From Burkholderiales bacterium (lineage in GTDB: Bacteria > Pseudomonadota > Gammaproteobacteria > Burkholderiales > WYBJ01): a stretch of DNA of 64,000 nucleotides. The DNA lies in NCBI GenBank assembly GCA_044360365.1, contig JBIKKL010000001.1, forward strand, positions 3,531 to 67,530, in the 5' to 3' direction. A program made the translations under genes and the position numbers. Positions 56,388 through 64,000 of this stretch are shown here, piece by piece (the stretch's first letter is position 1; every line of letters starts with the position of its first letter). The notes under the pieces are model-generated. The model was not told the origin of the DNA, ran no database searches, and saw nothing but the letters and a program-made list of their open reading frames with translations.

Positions 56388-56478
56388 CGACGAGGGGCAA
56401 GGCTATCATGCTGACCGTCGAGGTCCATGTGGCGCCGCTTGCCAGGAGACGGATCTCTTATCCACGAGGTACGTCGGC

Positions 56479-58257
56479 GTGACTTCGCTTTCCAATCGAC
56501 CCGGGCCACACCCCCGCAATCACCTGCGACCGCTCGCCGCCGTCGCACTCCTGGTTATCGGCCTCAACGTGCAGGCGCAAGTCGCCCGACCGTCCCAGCC
56601 CGAGCCCGCCAGCGGACGCACCGAAAACGCGCTGGCCCACGGCCGGGAATACATGGTCGCCGCGGCCCATCCGCTGGCGGTGGAAGCAGGCTTGAAGATG
56701 CTCGAGCGCGGCGGCACCGCTGTGGACGCTGCGATCGCCACGCAACTCGTGTTGAACCTGGTCGAGCCTCAGGCCTCCGGCTTGGGCGGCGGCGCCTTCC
56801 TCATGCATTTCGATGCGACCAGCGCGACGACGCGTGCCTATGACGGTCGCGAAACGGCCCCGGCAGGCGTAGACGAGAGGCTCTTCCTCAAACCCGACGG
56901 CAAGCCCATGGCGTTTCCCGACGCGGTTGCCGGCGGACGCTCGGTCGGCGTGCCGGGACTCGCTCGCCTGCTCGGCCTCGCCCACCGCGATCACGGCAAA
57001 CTTCCCTGGGCCACGCTGTTCGGCCCTGCCATCGAACTGGCGGAATCCGGCTACCCGCTCACGCCGCGCGTCCATCATCTGCTCGGGCGCGCAGCCGGGC
57101 TCGCTGCCGACCCCGCCGCCCGCGCCCTGTTCTTCGACGACGCAGGACAACCCAAACCCGCAGGCACGCTGCTCACGAACCCTGCCTTCGCGGCGACGCT
57201 TCGGGCGCTCGCACGCGATGGCGCAGACGCCTTCTATCGCGGCGACATTGCCAAGCGCGTCGTTGCTGCGGTACGGGACCACCCGGTCAATCCCGGCACG
57301 CTGAGCGAGGAAGACCTCGACCGCTACGCCGTCCGCGAAGTGACGCCGCTGTGCGGCCCCTACCGCAGCTATCGGATCTGCGGCATGCCGCCCTCGTCAT
57401 CCGGGGGCATTGCCGTGCTGCAGATGCTCGGCGTGCTGTCGCACTTCGACATGGCCGACGTGCGCCCGGTCTCGGCCCAGGCGGCGCACCTGCTCTCGGA
57501 AGTCGCGCGCCTCGCCTTTGCCGATCGCAATCGCTACGTCGCCGACGACCGCTTCGTGACCGTGCCGGTCACGGGGCTCCTCGACCCGGCGTACATCGAG
57601 TCGCGCGCACGCCTGATCCGGCTCGAGCGATCCATGGGCAAAGCGCAGCCGGGCACCCCGCAAGGCGTGACGACGGCGCACGCGGACGACCGCTACGACG
57701 AAGCCAGCGGCACGAGTCACATCGCGATCGTCGATCGCAACGGCAACGCCGTATCGATGACGACCACGATCGAATCGTTCTTCGGCGCACGCATCATGGC
57801 TGGCGGCTTCCTGCTGAACAACCAGCTGACGGACTTCAGCTTCGTGCCCGAGCAGGGGGGGCTGCCCGTCGCAAATCGCGTCCAGCCCGGAAAGCGGCCG
57901 CGCAGTTCCATGGCCCCCACTCTGGTCTTCGACAACTCCGGCAAACTGCACATGGTGGTCGGCTCGCCGGGCGGTAGCCTCATCATCGCCTATGTCGTCA
58001 AAGCGCTGGTCGGCACGCTGGACTGGAAGCTCGACATCCAGGCTGCCATCGATCTGCCCAACATGACGAGCCGCAACGACGCCACCGAGATCGAGGCCGG
58101 CACCGAAGCGGAGACGCTGCAGGCCGCCCTCGTCGCGATGGAGCACGTCGTTCGGCGCATCGACATGACCAGCGGCATCCACGGCATCGCACGAACTCGG
58201 GAGGGTTGGACCGGCGGCGCCGATCCGCGACGTGAGGGCATTGCGAAGGGCCGATAG
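56479..58257 (+). CDS. ggt: Gamma-glutamyltransferase
   Basis: A signal peptide (LAAVALLVIGLNVQAQ), then GGTAVDAAIA and GLGGGAF. The nucleophile Thr lies in GTSHIAIVD, and GSPGGS follows. The GTG start at 56479 is chosen; the 901-aa track ORF is a spurious 5' extension. Confidence 0.9.
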   Translation: MTSLSNRPGPHPRNHLRPLAAVALLVIGLNVQAQVARPSQPEPASGRTENALAHGREYMVAAAHPLAVEAGLKMLERGGTAVDAAIATQLVLNLVEPQASGLGGGAFLMHFDATSATTRAYDGRETAPAGVDERLFLKPDGKPMAFPDAVAGGRSVGVPGLARLLGLAHRDHGKLPWATLFGPAIELAESGYPLTPRVHHLLGRAAGLAADPAARALFFDDAGQPKPAGTLLTNPAFAATLRALARDGADAFYRGDIAKRVVAAVRDHPVNPGTLSEEDLDRYAVREVTPLCGPYRSYRICGMPPSSSGGIAVLQMLGVLSHFDMADVRPVSAQAAHLLSEVARLAFADRNRYVADDRFVTVPVTGLLDPAYIESRARLIRLERSMGKAQPGTPQGVTTAHADDRYDEASGTSHIAIVDRNGNAVSMTTTIESFFGARIMAGGFLLNNQLTDFSFVPEQGGLPVANRVQPGKRPRSSMAPTLVFDNSGKLHMVVGSPGGSLIIAYVVKALVGTLDWKLDIQAAIDLPNMTSRNDATEIEAGTEAETLQAALVAMEHVVRRIDMTSGIHGIARTREGWTGGADPRREGIAKGR

Positions 58258-58347
58258 GCGGGCGGTCCTTTCAGCGCCGTCCTGCAATAGTTTGCCTGCA
58301 TAATGACGACGGGGCGAACTACACGTCATCCACCCAGGGAGATAGCC

Positions 58348-58875
58348 ATGGTCAAGAAGATCGCCGGCGTTTTCGCCGCACTTGCTGGAACCGTCCTCGT
58401 CCTGGCCATCATGCAGCCGGACAGCTTCACCGTTCAGCGCTCGACCGACATCCAGGCCCCGCCCGAGAAGATATTCCCCTTCGTCGACGATTTCGCACGG
58501 TGGCAGGCGTGGTCGCCGTGGGACAGCAAGGATCCCGCCATGACACGGACGATCAGCACGCCGAGCGCCGGCAGGGCGGCCACCTATGCCTGGGAAGGCA
58601 ACGATGACGTTGGCAAGGGCCGGATGACCATCGTCGAATCGACCCCGCCGAGCCGTGTTGCCATCAAGCTCGACTTCACCGCCCCCTTCGAGGCCCACAA
58701 CGACGTTGCCTTCACGATGGAACCGAAAGGTGCAAGCACGCAGGTGACCTGGACGATGCAGGGCCCGATGCCCTTCGTCAGCAAACTCATCGGCGTGTTC
58801 GTCAGCATGGACACCATGGTGGGCAAGGATTTCGAAACCGGCCTTGCGAACCTCAAGGCCGCGGCGGAGAAATAG
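58348..58875 (+). CDS. SRPBCC (START/polyketide-cyclase-like) family protein
   Basis: An N-terminal hydrophobic segment is followed by F.V.RS..I.APPEKIFPFV.DF..W..WSPW, typical of this family. AGGGAG SD. Confidence 0.78.
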   Translation: MVKKIAGVFAALAGTVLVLAIMQPDSFTVQRSTDIQAPPEKIFPFVDDFARWQAWSPWDSKDPAMTRTISTPSAGRAATYAWEGNDDVGKGRMTIVESTPPSRVAIKLDFTAPFEAHNDVAFTMEPKGASTQVTWTMQGPMPFVSKLIGVFVSMDTMVGKDFETGLANLKAAAEK

Positions 58876-58986
58876 CCTGCAAAGGACAAAGCGCTCGGAT
58901 CGCCACCGCCGGGCGATCGATCGACCTATACTTGCATTCGACAGCGCCTCGGTCGAGGTGCCCTCGACGGCCATCAGGAGGATGCC

Positions 58987-60171
58987 ATGAACGATCCCAT
59001 CGTCATCGTCGGTGCCGCGCGCACACCCATGGGCGGGTTTCTCGGCGATCTCGCTGCCGCCCCCGCCGCAGAACTCGGCGCTTGTGCGATACGTGCCGCT
59101 GTCGAGCGCACGGGCTTGAGCGCCGCTGCCATAGACGAAGTGATCATGGGCAACGTCCTGCCGGCCGGTCAGGGTCAGGCCCCCGCCCGTCAGGCCAGTC
59201 TCGGCGCAGGTCTGTCCGAAGCCGTCGGCTGCACCACCATCAACAAGATGTGCGGCTCGGGCATGAAGGCCGCCATGCTCGCTCACGACCTGCTGCTCGC
59301 CGGGACCAATCGCGTGATGGTCGCAGGCGGCATGGAGAGCATGTCGAACGCCCCGTACCTGCTGCCGAAAGCACGAGCCGGCATGCGTCTCGGGCACAGC
59401 GACGTGAAGGACCACATGTTTCTCGACGGGCTCGAGGATGCCTACGACAAGGGCCGACTCATGGGCAGCTTCGCCGAAGACTGCGCAGCCCACTATCGAT
59501 TCAGCCGGGAGGCGCAGGACCGCTTTGCGATCGAATCGCTGACGCGCTCGCAAGCCGCCATCCGCAACGGCAGTTTCCAGGGCGAGATCGCGCCCGTCAC
59601 GATCACGACGACCAAGGGCGACAAGACGATCCCCCAGGACGAACAGCCCCTCAAGGCCAATCTCGAGCGCATTCCGACGCTGCGACCAGCCTTCCGCAAG
59701 GATGGTACGGTGACAGCCGCAAACTCGAGTTCCATCTCCGACGGTGCCGCGGTCCTGGTCATGATGCGACTCTCCGAATCGCAGCGGCGCGGGGCTCGAC
59801 CGCTTGCGCGCATCGTCGGGCATGCGACCCACGCGCAGGCGCCGGGCTGGTTCACGACGGCACCCGTAGGCGCGATGCGCACGCTTTTCGAGAAGACGGG
59901 CTGGCGCGCCGCGGACGTGGATCTTTACGAAGTCAACGAAGCCTTCGCCGTCGTGACCATGGCCGCGATGCACGAATTGAATCTGCCGCACGACAAGGTA
60001 AACGTACACGGCGGCGCCTGCGCGCTGGGCCATCCCATCGGGGCCTCGGGCGCGCGAATCATCGTGACCCTGCTGGCCGCCCTCGACAAGTACGACCTGA
60101 AACGTGGCGTTGCCTCGCTGTGCATCGGTGGCGGCGAAGCCACGGCGATGGCGCTCGAACGCATGCACTGA
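58987..60171 (+). CDS. Acetyl-CoA C-acetyltransferase (thiolase II)
   Basis: NKMCGSGMKA (active-site Cys), NEAFA, GGACALGHPIGASGARI, and CIGGGEA. Confidence 0.95.
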   Translation: MNDPIVIVGAARTPMGGFLGDLAAAPAAELGACAIRAAVERTGLSAAAIDEVIMGNVLPAGQGQAPARQASLGAGLSEAVGCTTINKMCGSGMKAAMLAHDLLLAGTNRVMVAGGMESMSNAPYLLPKARAGMRLGHSDVKDHMFLDGLEDAYDKGRLMGSFAEDCAAHYRFSREAQDRFAIESLTRSQAAIRNGSFQGEIAPVTITTTKGDKTIPQDEQPLKANLERIPTLRPAFRKDGTVTAANSSSISDGAAVLVMMRLSESQRRGARPLARIVGHATHAQAPGWFTTAPVGAMRTLFEKTGWRAADVDLYEVNEAFAVVTMAAMHELNLPHDKVNVHGGACALGHPIGASGARIIVTLLAALDKYDLKRGVASLCIGGGEATAMALERMH

Positions 60172-60207
60172 CCCGCCCGTCGCCCTGCCCGAAGAGAAAG
60201 GTTCGCC

Positions 60208-60810
60208 ATGACGAACGCAATCGACTTCTACTTTGACTTTTCCTCGCCCTACGGGTACCTCGCGAGCACGCGCATCGATGCGCTCGGCGCGAAGTTCCAG
60301 CGTCACGTGCGCTGGCACCCCATCCTGCTCGGGGCGATCTTCAAGGTCTCCGGCGGCGCACCCCTGACGACGATTCCGTTGAAGGGCGAATACTCGATCC
60401 ACGACATGGTTCGCAGCGCACGCCTCTACGACGTGCCGTTCAGGATGCCGAGCAAGTTCCCGATTCCGACCCAGCATGCTGCACGCCTGACCCTTTGGGC
60501 GCAGCAGGCGGACGAAGCCCAGGGAAAACGCATGGCGGGCGCGCTGTACCGGGCCTACTTCGCCGACGACCGCGACATCTCGAATCCCGAGGTCTGCGCC
60601 GACATTGCGGCCGAAAGCGGTTTCGATCGCGCTGCAGCCGTCGCCGGAATGAACGCTGCCGCAGTCAAGGAGGCGCTGAAGTCCGAGGTCGAACAGGCCA
60701 TCGAACGCAAGGTGTTCGGCTCCCCATTCGTGATCGTCGACGGCGAGCCGTTCTGGGGAGCCGACCGACTCGACCAGGTCGAGCGCTGGCTGATCACCGG
60801 CGGGTGGTGA
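60208..60810 (+). CDS. 2-hydroxychromene-2-carboxylate isomerase family (DsbA-like) protein
   Basis: [16 protein letters not shown] and [19 protein letters not shown]. Confidence 0.87.
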   Translation: MTNAIDFYFDFSSPYGYLASTRIDALGAKFQRHVRWHPILLGAIFKVSGGAPLTTIPLKGEYSIHDMVRSARLYDVPFRMPSKFPIPTQHAARLTLWAQQADEAQGKRMAGALYRAYFADDRDISNPEVCADIAAESGFDRAAAVAGMNAAAVKEALKSEVEQAIERKVFGSPFVIVDGEPFWGADRLDQVERWLITGGW

Positions 60811-62417
60811 TGGGGCCGATCAAGTCAAGGCTGCAGCCGGCGTCGGAGGAGTTTCGCGCAAACGCCGAAGCGATGAACACGCTGGTCGAGGACCTGCGCG
60901 CCAGGCACGCAGCCGCACGGCAGGGAGGCGATCCGAAATCACGCGAACGCCACACCGCAAGGGGCAAACTGCTCGTGCGCGATCGCATCGCGGCGCTCGC
61001 CGATCCGGCGTCCGAATTCCTGGAGTTGTCGACGCTCGCGGCGCATGAAGTCTATCCGGAGCCCTTGCCCGGCGCTGGCATCGTGACCGGCATCGTCCGC
61101 GTGAACGCGCGCGAATGCGTGGTCATCGCGAACGATGCCACCGTGAAGGGCGGCACCTACTTCCCGCTCACGGTGAAGAAGCATTTGCGAGCGCAGGAGA
61201 TCGCCGCGGAAAACCGGCTTCCGTGCATCTATCTCGTCGACTCGGGCGGCGCCCACCTGCCGAGTCAGGACGAGGTCTTCCCCGATCGCGATCACTTCGG
61301 GCGCATCTTCTACCACCAGGCGACGATGTCGGCGAACGGTGTCGCGCAGATCGCGGTAGTCATGGGCTCGTGCACCGCCGGCGGCGCCTACGTGCCGGCG
61401 ATGTCGGACGAGACCATCATCGTGCGCAATCAGGGGACGATCTTCCTCGGCGGCCCGCCGCTGGTGAAGGCAGCCACCGGGGAGATCGTCACCGCCGAAG
61501 CACTGGGCGGGGCGGACGTTCATACCAAGGTCTCCGGCGTCGCGGATCATCTGGCGAGGGACGACCGGCACGCGCTCGAACTCGCGCGGCGCGCCGTCGC
61601 GAATCTCGGTTCACGACCGGCGTGTCCCCTCGCGCGGCAAACGCCTTCGCCGCCCCACCATGATCCGGCCGAACTCGCGGGCGTGATCCCGACGAACCCG
61701 CGCCGTCTCTTCGACATCCGGGAGATCATCGCGCGCATCGTCGACGATTCCACGTTCGACGAATTCAAGCAGCGCTACGGCGCCACCCTCGTCTGCGGCT
61801 TCGCGCACATCGACGGCTATCTCGTCGGGATCGTGGCCAACAACGGCATCCTGTTCTCCGAATCGGCGCTCAAGGGCACGCACTTCATTCAACTGTGTGC
61901 CCAGCGCGGCATTCCGCTCGTGTTCCTGCAGAACATCACGGGCTTCATGGTCGGCGAGAAGTACGAGACGGGCGGCATCGCCAAGGACGGCGCGAAAATG
62001 GTGACGGCCGTCAGCTGCGCCCGCGTGCCGAAGTTCACCGTGATCGTCGGCGGCAGTTTCGGCGCCGGCAACTACGGCATGTGCGGGCGCGCGTTCGGCC
62101 CTCGCTTCCTCTGGATGTGGCCGAACGCACGCATCTCCGTGATGGGGGGCGATCAGGCGGCGCATGTCCTTGCACAGGTTCGACGCGATGCGCTCGAGAA
62201 GCAAGGTCGCTCCTGGAGCGCAGACGAAGAAACCGCATTCAAGGCACCGATCGCCGAGCAGTACGCGCGTCAGGGCCATCCCTATTACGCCAGCGCCCGG
62301 CTGTGGGACGACGGCATCATCGAACCGGCCGATACGCGCAAGATGCTCGCCGCCGGGTTGGCCGTCGCCGCGAATGCCCCCGTCGAACCCAGCACGTTCG
62401 GCGTGTTTCGCATGTAG
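60810..62417 (+). CDS. Methylcrotonyl-CoA carboxylase, carboxyltransferase (beta) subunit
   Basis: [38 protein letters not shown], and [14 protein letters not shown]. The length is 535 aa. The ATG overlaps the preceding stop (TGATG). Confidence 0.92.
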   Translation: MGPIKSRLQPASEEFRANAEAMNTLVEDLRARHAAARQGGDPKSRERHTARGKLLVRDRIAALADPASEFLELSTLAAHEVYPEPLPGAGIVTGIVRVNARECVVIANDATVKGGTYFPLTVKKHLRAQEIAAENRLPCIYLVDSGGAHLPSQDEVFPDRDHFGRIFYHQATMSANGVAQIAVVMGSCTAGGAYVPAMSDETIIVRNQGTIFLGGPPLVKAATGEIVTAEALGGADVHTKVSGVADHLARDDRHALELARRAVANLGSRPACPLARQTPSPPHHDPAELAGVIPTNPRRLFDIREIIARIVDDSTFDEFKQRYGATLVCGFAHIDGYLVGIVANNGILFSESALKGTHFIQLCAQRGIPLVFLQNITGFMVGEKYETGGIAKDGAKMVTAVSCARVPKFTVIVGGSFGAGNYGMCGRAFGPRFLWMWPNARISVMGGDQAAHVLAQVRRDALEKQGRSWSADEETAFKAPIAEQYARQGHPYYASARLWDDGIIEPADTRKMLAAGLAVAANAPVEPSTFGVFRM

Positions 62418-62535
62418 TCCTCGACGCAGCGGGAATCGCCTGCGGCCGCGATGTGCCATGCCGCAGCAGTTGCCGCATTCTCATGCGCGCCGAATCGCGC
62501 GAGAATCGCACCTCCCATTCCGACCAGAGACTGCG

Positions 62536-63342
62536 ATGAGCCCACCGTGCGTCCTCACCGACATCGGCAGCAACGGCGTCGCGACGATCACCTTCGATCG
62601 CCCCGCCCTGCACAACGCCATCGACGAAGCCGTGATCGCCGAGTTCAAGGCCGGTCTGCGCCGCGTGGCGGAAGATCCTGCAGCCCGTGTGGTGGTCATC
62701 GCCGGCAACGGCAAGAGCTTCTGCGCCGGTGCCGATCTGAACTGGATGAAGCGCACCGCGAACTACAGCGAAGAACAGAACTACCGCGACGCTCTGGAAT
62801 TCACCGAACTGCTCGCCCTGCTCGATCGCATGCCCAAGCCCACGATCGCACGGGTCCATGGTCCGGCCTACGGCGGCGGCGTGGGCATCGTCGCGTGCTG
62901 CGATATCGCGATCGGTACCGAAGCGGCCGCCTTCTCGTTTTCCGAGGTGCGCCTGGGCCTCATCCCCGCCATGATCAGCCCCTACGCCGTCGCCGTGATC
63001 GGCGAGCGTCATGCCCGGCGCTTCATGCTCACCGCGGAGCGCATCGACGCCGCCGAAGCATTGCGCCTCGGACTGCTGCACGAACTTTGCGGGGCAGACG
63101 AACTCGATGCGAAGATCGCAGGCCTCGTCGAACACTGCCTGCGCGGGGGTCCCGCCTCGATCGCTCGCAGCAAAGCCCTGATCGCTGCCGTCGCGCACGG
63201 CCCGATCGATCAGGCCAGGCAGGAGTACACCGCGCGCCAGATCGCCGCCACCCGCGCCAGCGACGAAGGCAATGAAGGCATCGGCGCGTTCCTCGAGAAG
63301 CGCAAACCCGCCTGGATTATTCCCGGCAAAGGAGCGAAGTGA
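62536..63342 (+). CDS. Enoyl-CoA hydratase family (methylglutaconyl-CoA hydratase-like)
   Basis: TFDRPALHNAID, FCAGADLNWM, HGPAYGGGVGIVACCDIA, and EVRLGLIPA. Confidence 0.88.
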   Translation: MSPPCVLTDIGSNGVATITFDRPALHNAIDEAVIAEFKAGLRRVAEDPAARVVVIAGNGKSFCAGADLNWMKRTANYSEEQNYRDALEFTELLALLDRMPKPTIARVHGPAYGGGVGIVACCDIAIGTEAAAFSFSEVRLGLIPAMISPYAVAVIGERHARRFMLTAERIDAAEALRLGLLHELCGADELDAKIAGLVEHCLRGGPASIARSKALIAAVAHGPIDQARQEYTARQIAATRASDEGNEGIGAFLEKRKPAWIIPGKGAK

Positions 63343-64000
63343 TGGCAAATCTGCCGCAGAAGGTCCGCATGTTCGAGGTCGGTCCCCGCGATGGACTTCA
63401 GAACGAAAAGAACGTCGTCCCGGTCGAGATCAAGGTCGGGTTGATCGATCGGCTCACCGACGCGGGGCTGCCCGCCGTCGAAGCCACCAGCTTCGTCTCG
63501 CCGAAGTGGGTGCCGCAGCTCGCCGATGCGCCCGAAGTCATGGCGAAGATCAAGCGCAGGCCCGGCGTCGCGTATCCGGTGCTCGTACCCAATCGCAAGG
63601 GCCTCGATGGCGCCATCGCTGCAGGCTGCGACGAAATCGTGATCTTCGGCGCTGCGAGCGAAGCCTTTTCGAAGCGCAATACGAACTGCACCATTGCCGA
63701 AGGTCTCGCGCGCTTCGGTGAAGTCTGCGACGAGGCCCTGAAGCGCGGCATGCGGGTCCGGGGCGATATCTCGGTGTGCCTCGGCTGCCCGTACGACGGC
63801 GAAGTCGCGCCGGCGCAGGTGACGGCCGTCGCCCGCGAACTGTACGCCATGGGCTGCTACGAGATCTGCATCGCCGATACCATCGGTGTCGGCACGCCCG
63901 GCAAAACGCGCGCCGTGTTCGAAGACTCGGCACGCTACATCCCGGTCGAGAAGCTCGCCGGACATTTCCACGATACGTATGGACAGGCGCTTGCAAACAC
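63342..64000 (+). CDS. Hydroxymethylglutaryl-CoA lyase, 3'-truncated by the window edge
   Basis: This gene is absent from the supplied ORF track; I translated it myself from the open frame. VRMFEVGPRDGLQNE, EATSFVSPKWVPQ, and ADTIGVGTP...GHFHDTYG. The ATG overlaps the preceding stop (TGATG). Confidence 0.9.
   Translation, partial: MANLPQKVRMFEVGPRDGLQNEKNVVPVEIKVGLIDRLTDAGLPAVEATSFVSPKWVPQLADAPEVMAKIKRRPGVAYPVLVPNRKGLDGAIAAGCDEIVIFGAASEAFSKRNTNCTIAEGLARFGEVCDEALKRGMRVRGDISVCLGCPYDGEVAPAQVTAVARELYAMGCYEICIADTIGVGTPGKTRAVFEDSARYIPVEKLAGHFHDTYGQALAN

Noticed and set aside
55552-56478. The 5' two-fifths of the 901-aa track ORF that ends as ggt.
   Set aside because: - This part is antisense to the DUF3025 gene and is low-complexity.
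- GGT homology, including the signal peptide, begins only at the GTG at 56479.
57397-60477. A 1026-aa minus-strand ORF spanning four plus-strand genes (ggt, SRPBCC, thiolase, HCCA isomerase) and their spacers.
   Set aside because: - Its composition is Arg/Gly/Ala/His-rich, typical of antisense frames in high-GC DNA.
- It carries no recognisable motifs.
- The opposite strand encodes four proteins with clear family signatures.
- It is a shadow ORF.

Overview
This is a high-GC (roughly two-thirds G+C by eye) chromosomal segment. It looks betaproteobacterial and Burkholderiales-like, inferred from two Bug/TctC-type periplasmic binding proteins, a class I PhaC and the gene order. I support about 55 intact CDS and three low-confidence small ORFs, and both window edges cut through genes. 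I saw no rRNA, tRNA, CRISPR array, transposase or integrase.

Housekeeping blocks:
- purE-purK-purC plus a Sua5/TsaC-type gene.
- proC-yggT-yggU.
- rng-maf-rlmH-rsfS-nadD.
- aceE-aceF.
- recQ.

Accessory metabolic blocks:
- 8.4-19.6 kb: a tricarboxylate/organic-acid island with an SDR, an ADP-forming acyl-CoA synthetase, TctC, two isocitrate-lyase/PEP-mutase paralogs, a PrpD-family protein, an MBL lactonase-like protein and an OYE/FadH-like reductase.
- 21.6-27.9 kb: a class III aminotransferase, a Gfo/Idh/MocA oxidoreductase, an RraA-like aldolase, a LeuCD-like dehydratase and an amidohydrolase-2.
- 51-54 kb: phaC and an MBL-fold hydrolase.
- 54-64 kb: an interrupted leucine-catabolism (liu-like) cluster.

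The most unusual element is a three-gene minus-strand operon at 44.9-51.1 kb. It encodes a GAF-GAF-TM-HlyD adaptor, a zinc protease (HELGH, site-2-protease type) with a PqqD/RRE-like N-terminus and a HlyD-like C-terminus, and a C-terminally truncated SecA-like ATPase. No ABC transporter, outer-membrane factor or precursor peptide lies next to it. I interpret it as a candidate uncharacterised peptide-processing/export or envelope machine.

Other oddities:
- A dynamin-like GTPase translationally coupled to yggU.
- An 840-bp non-coding island with coupled mini-ORFs, repeated TGT-N11-ACA boxes and a sharp AT-rich patch.
- A GTGAAGN heptamer array and inverted repeat upstream of an enoyl-CoA hydratase gene.
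- A polypurine inverted repeat at the recQ 3' end.

All functional calls come from reading motifs in the supplied translations. No database search was possible, and many start codons are judgement calls.
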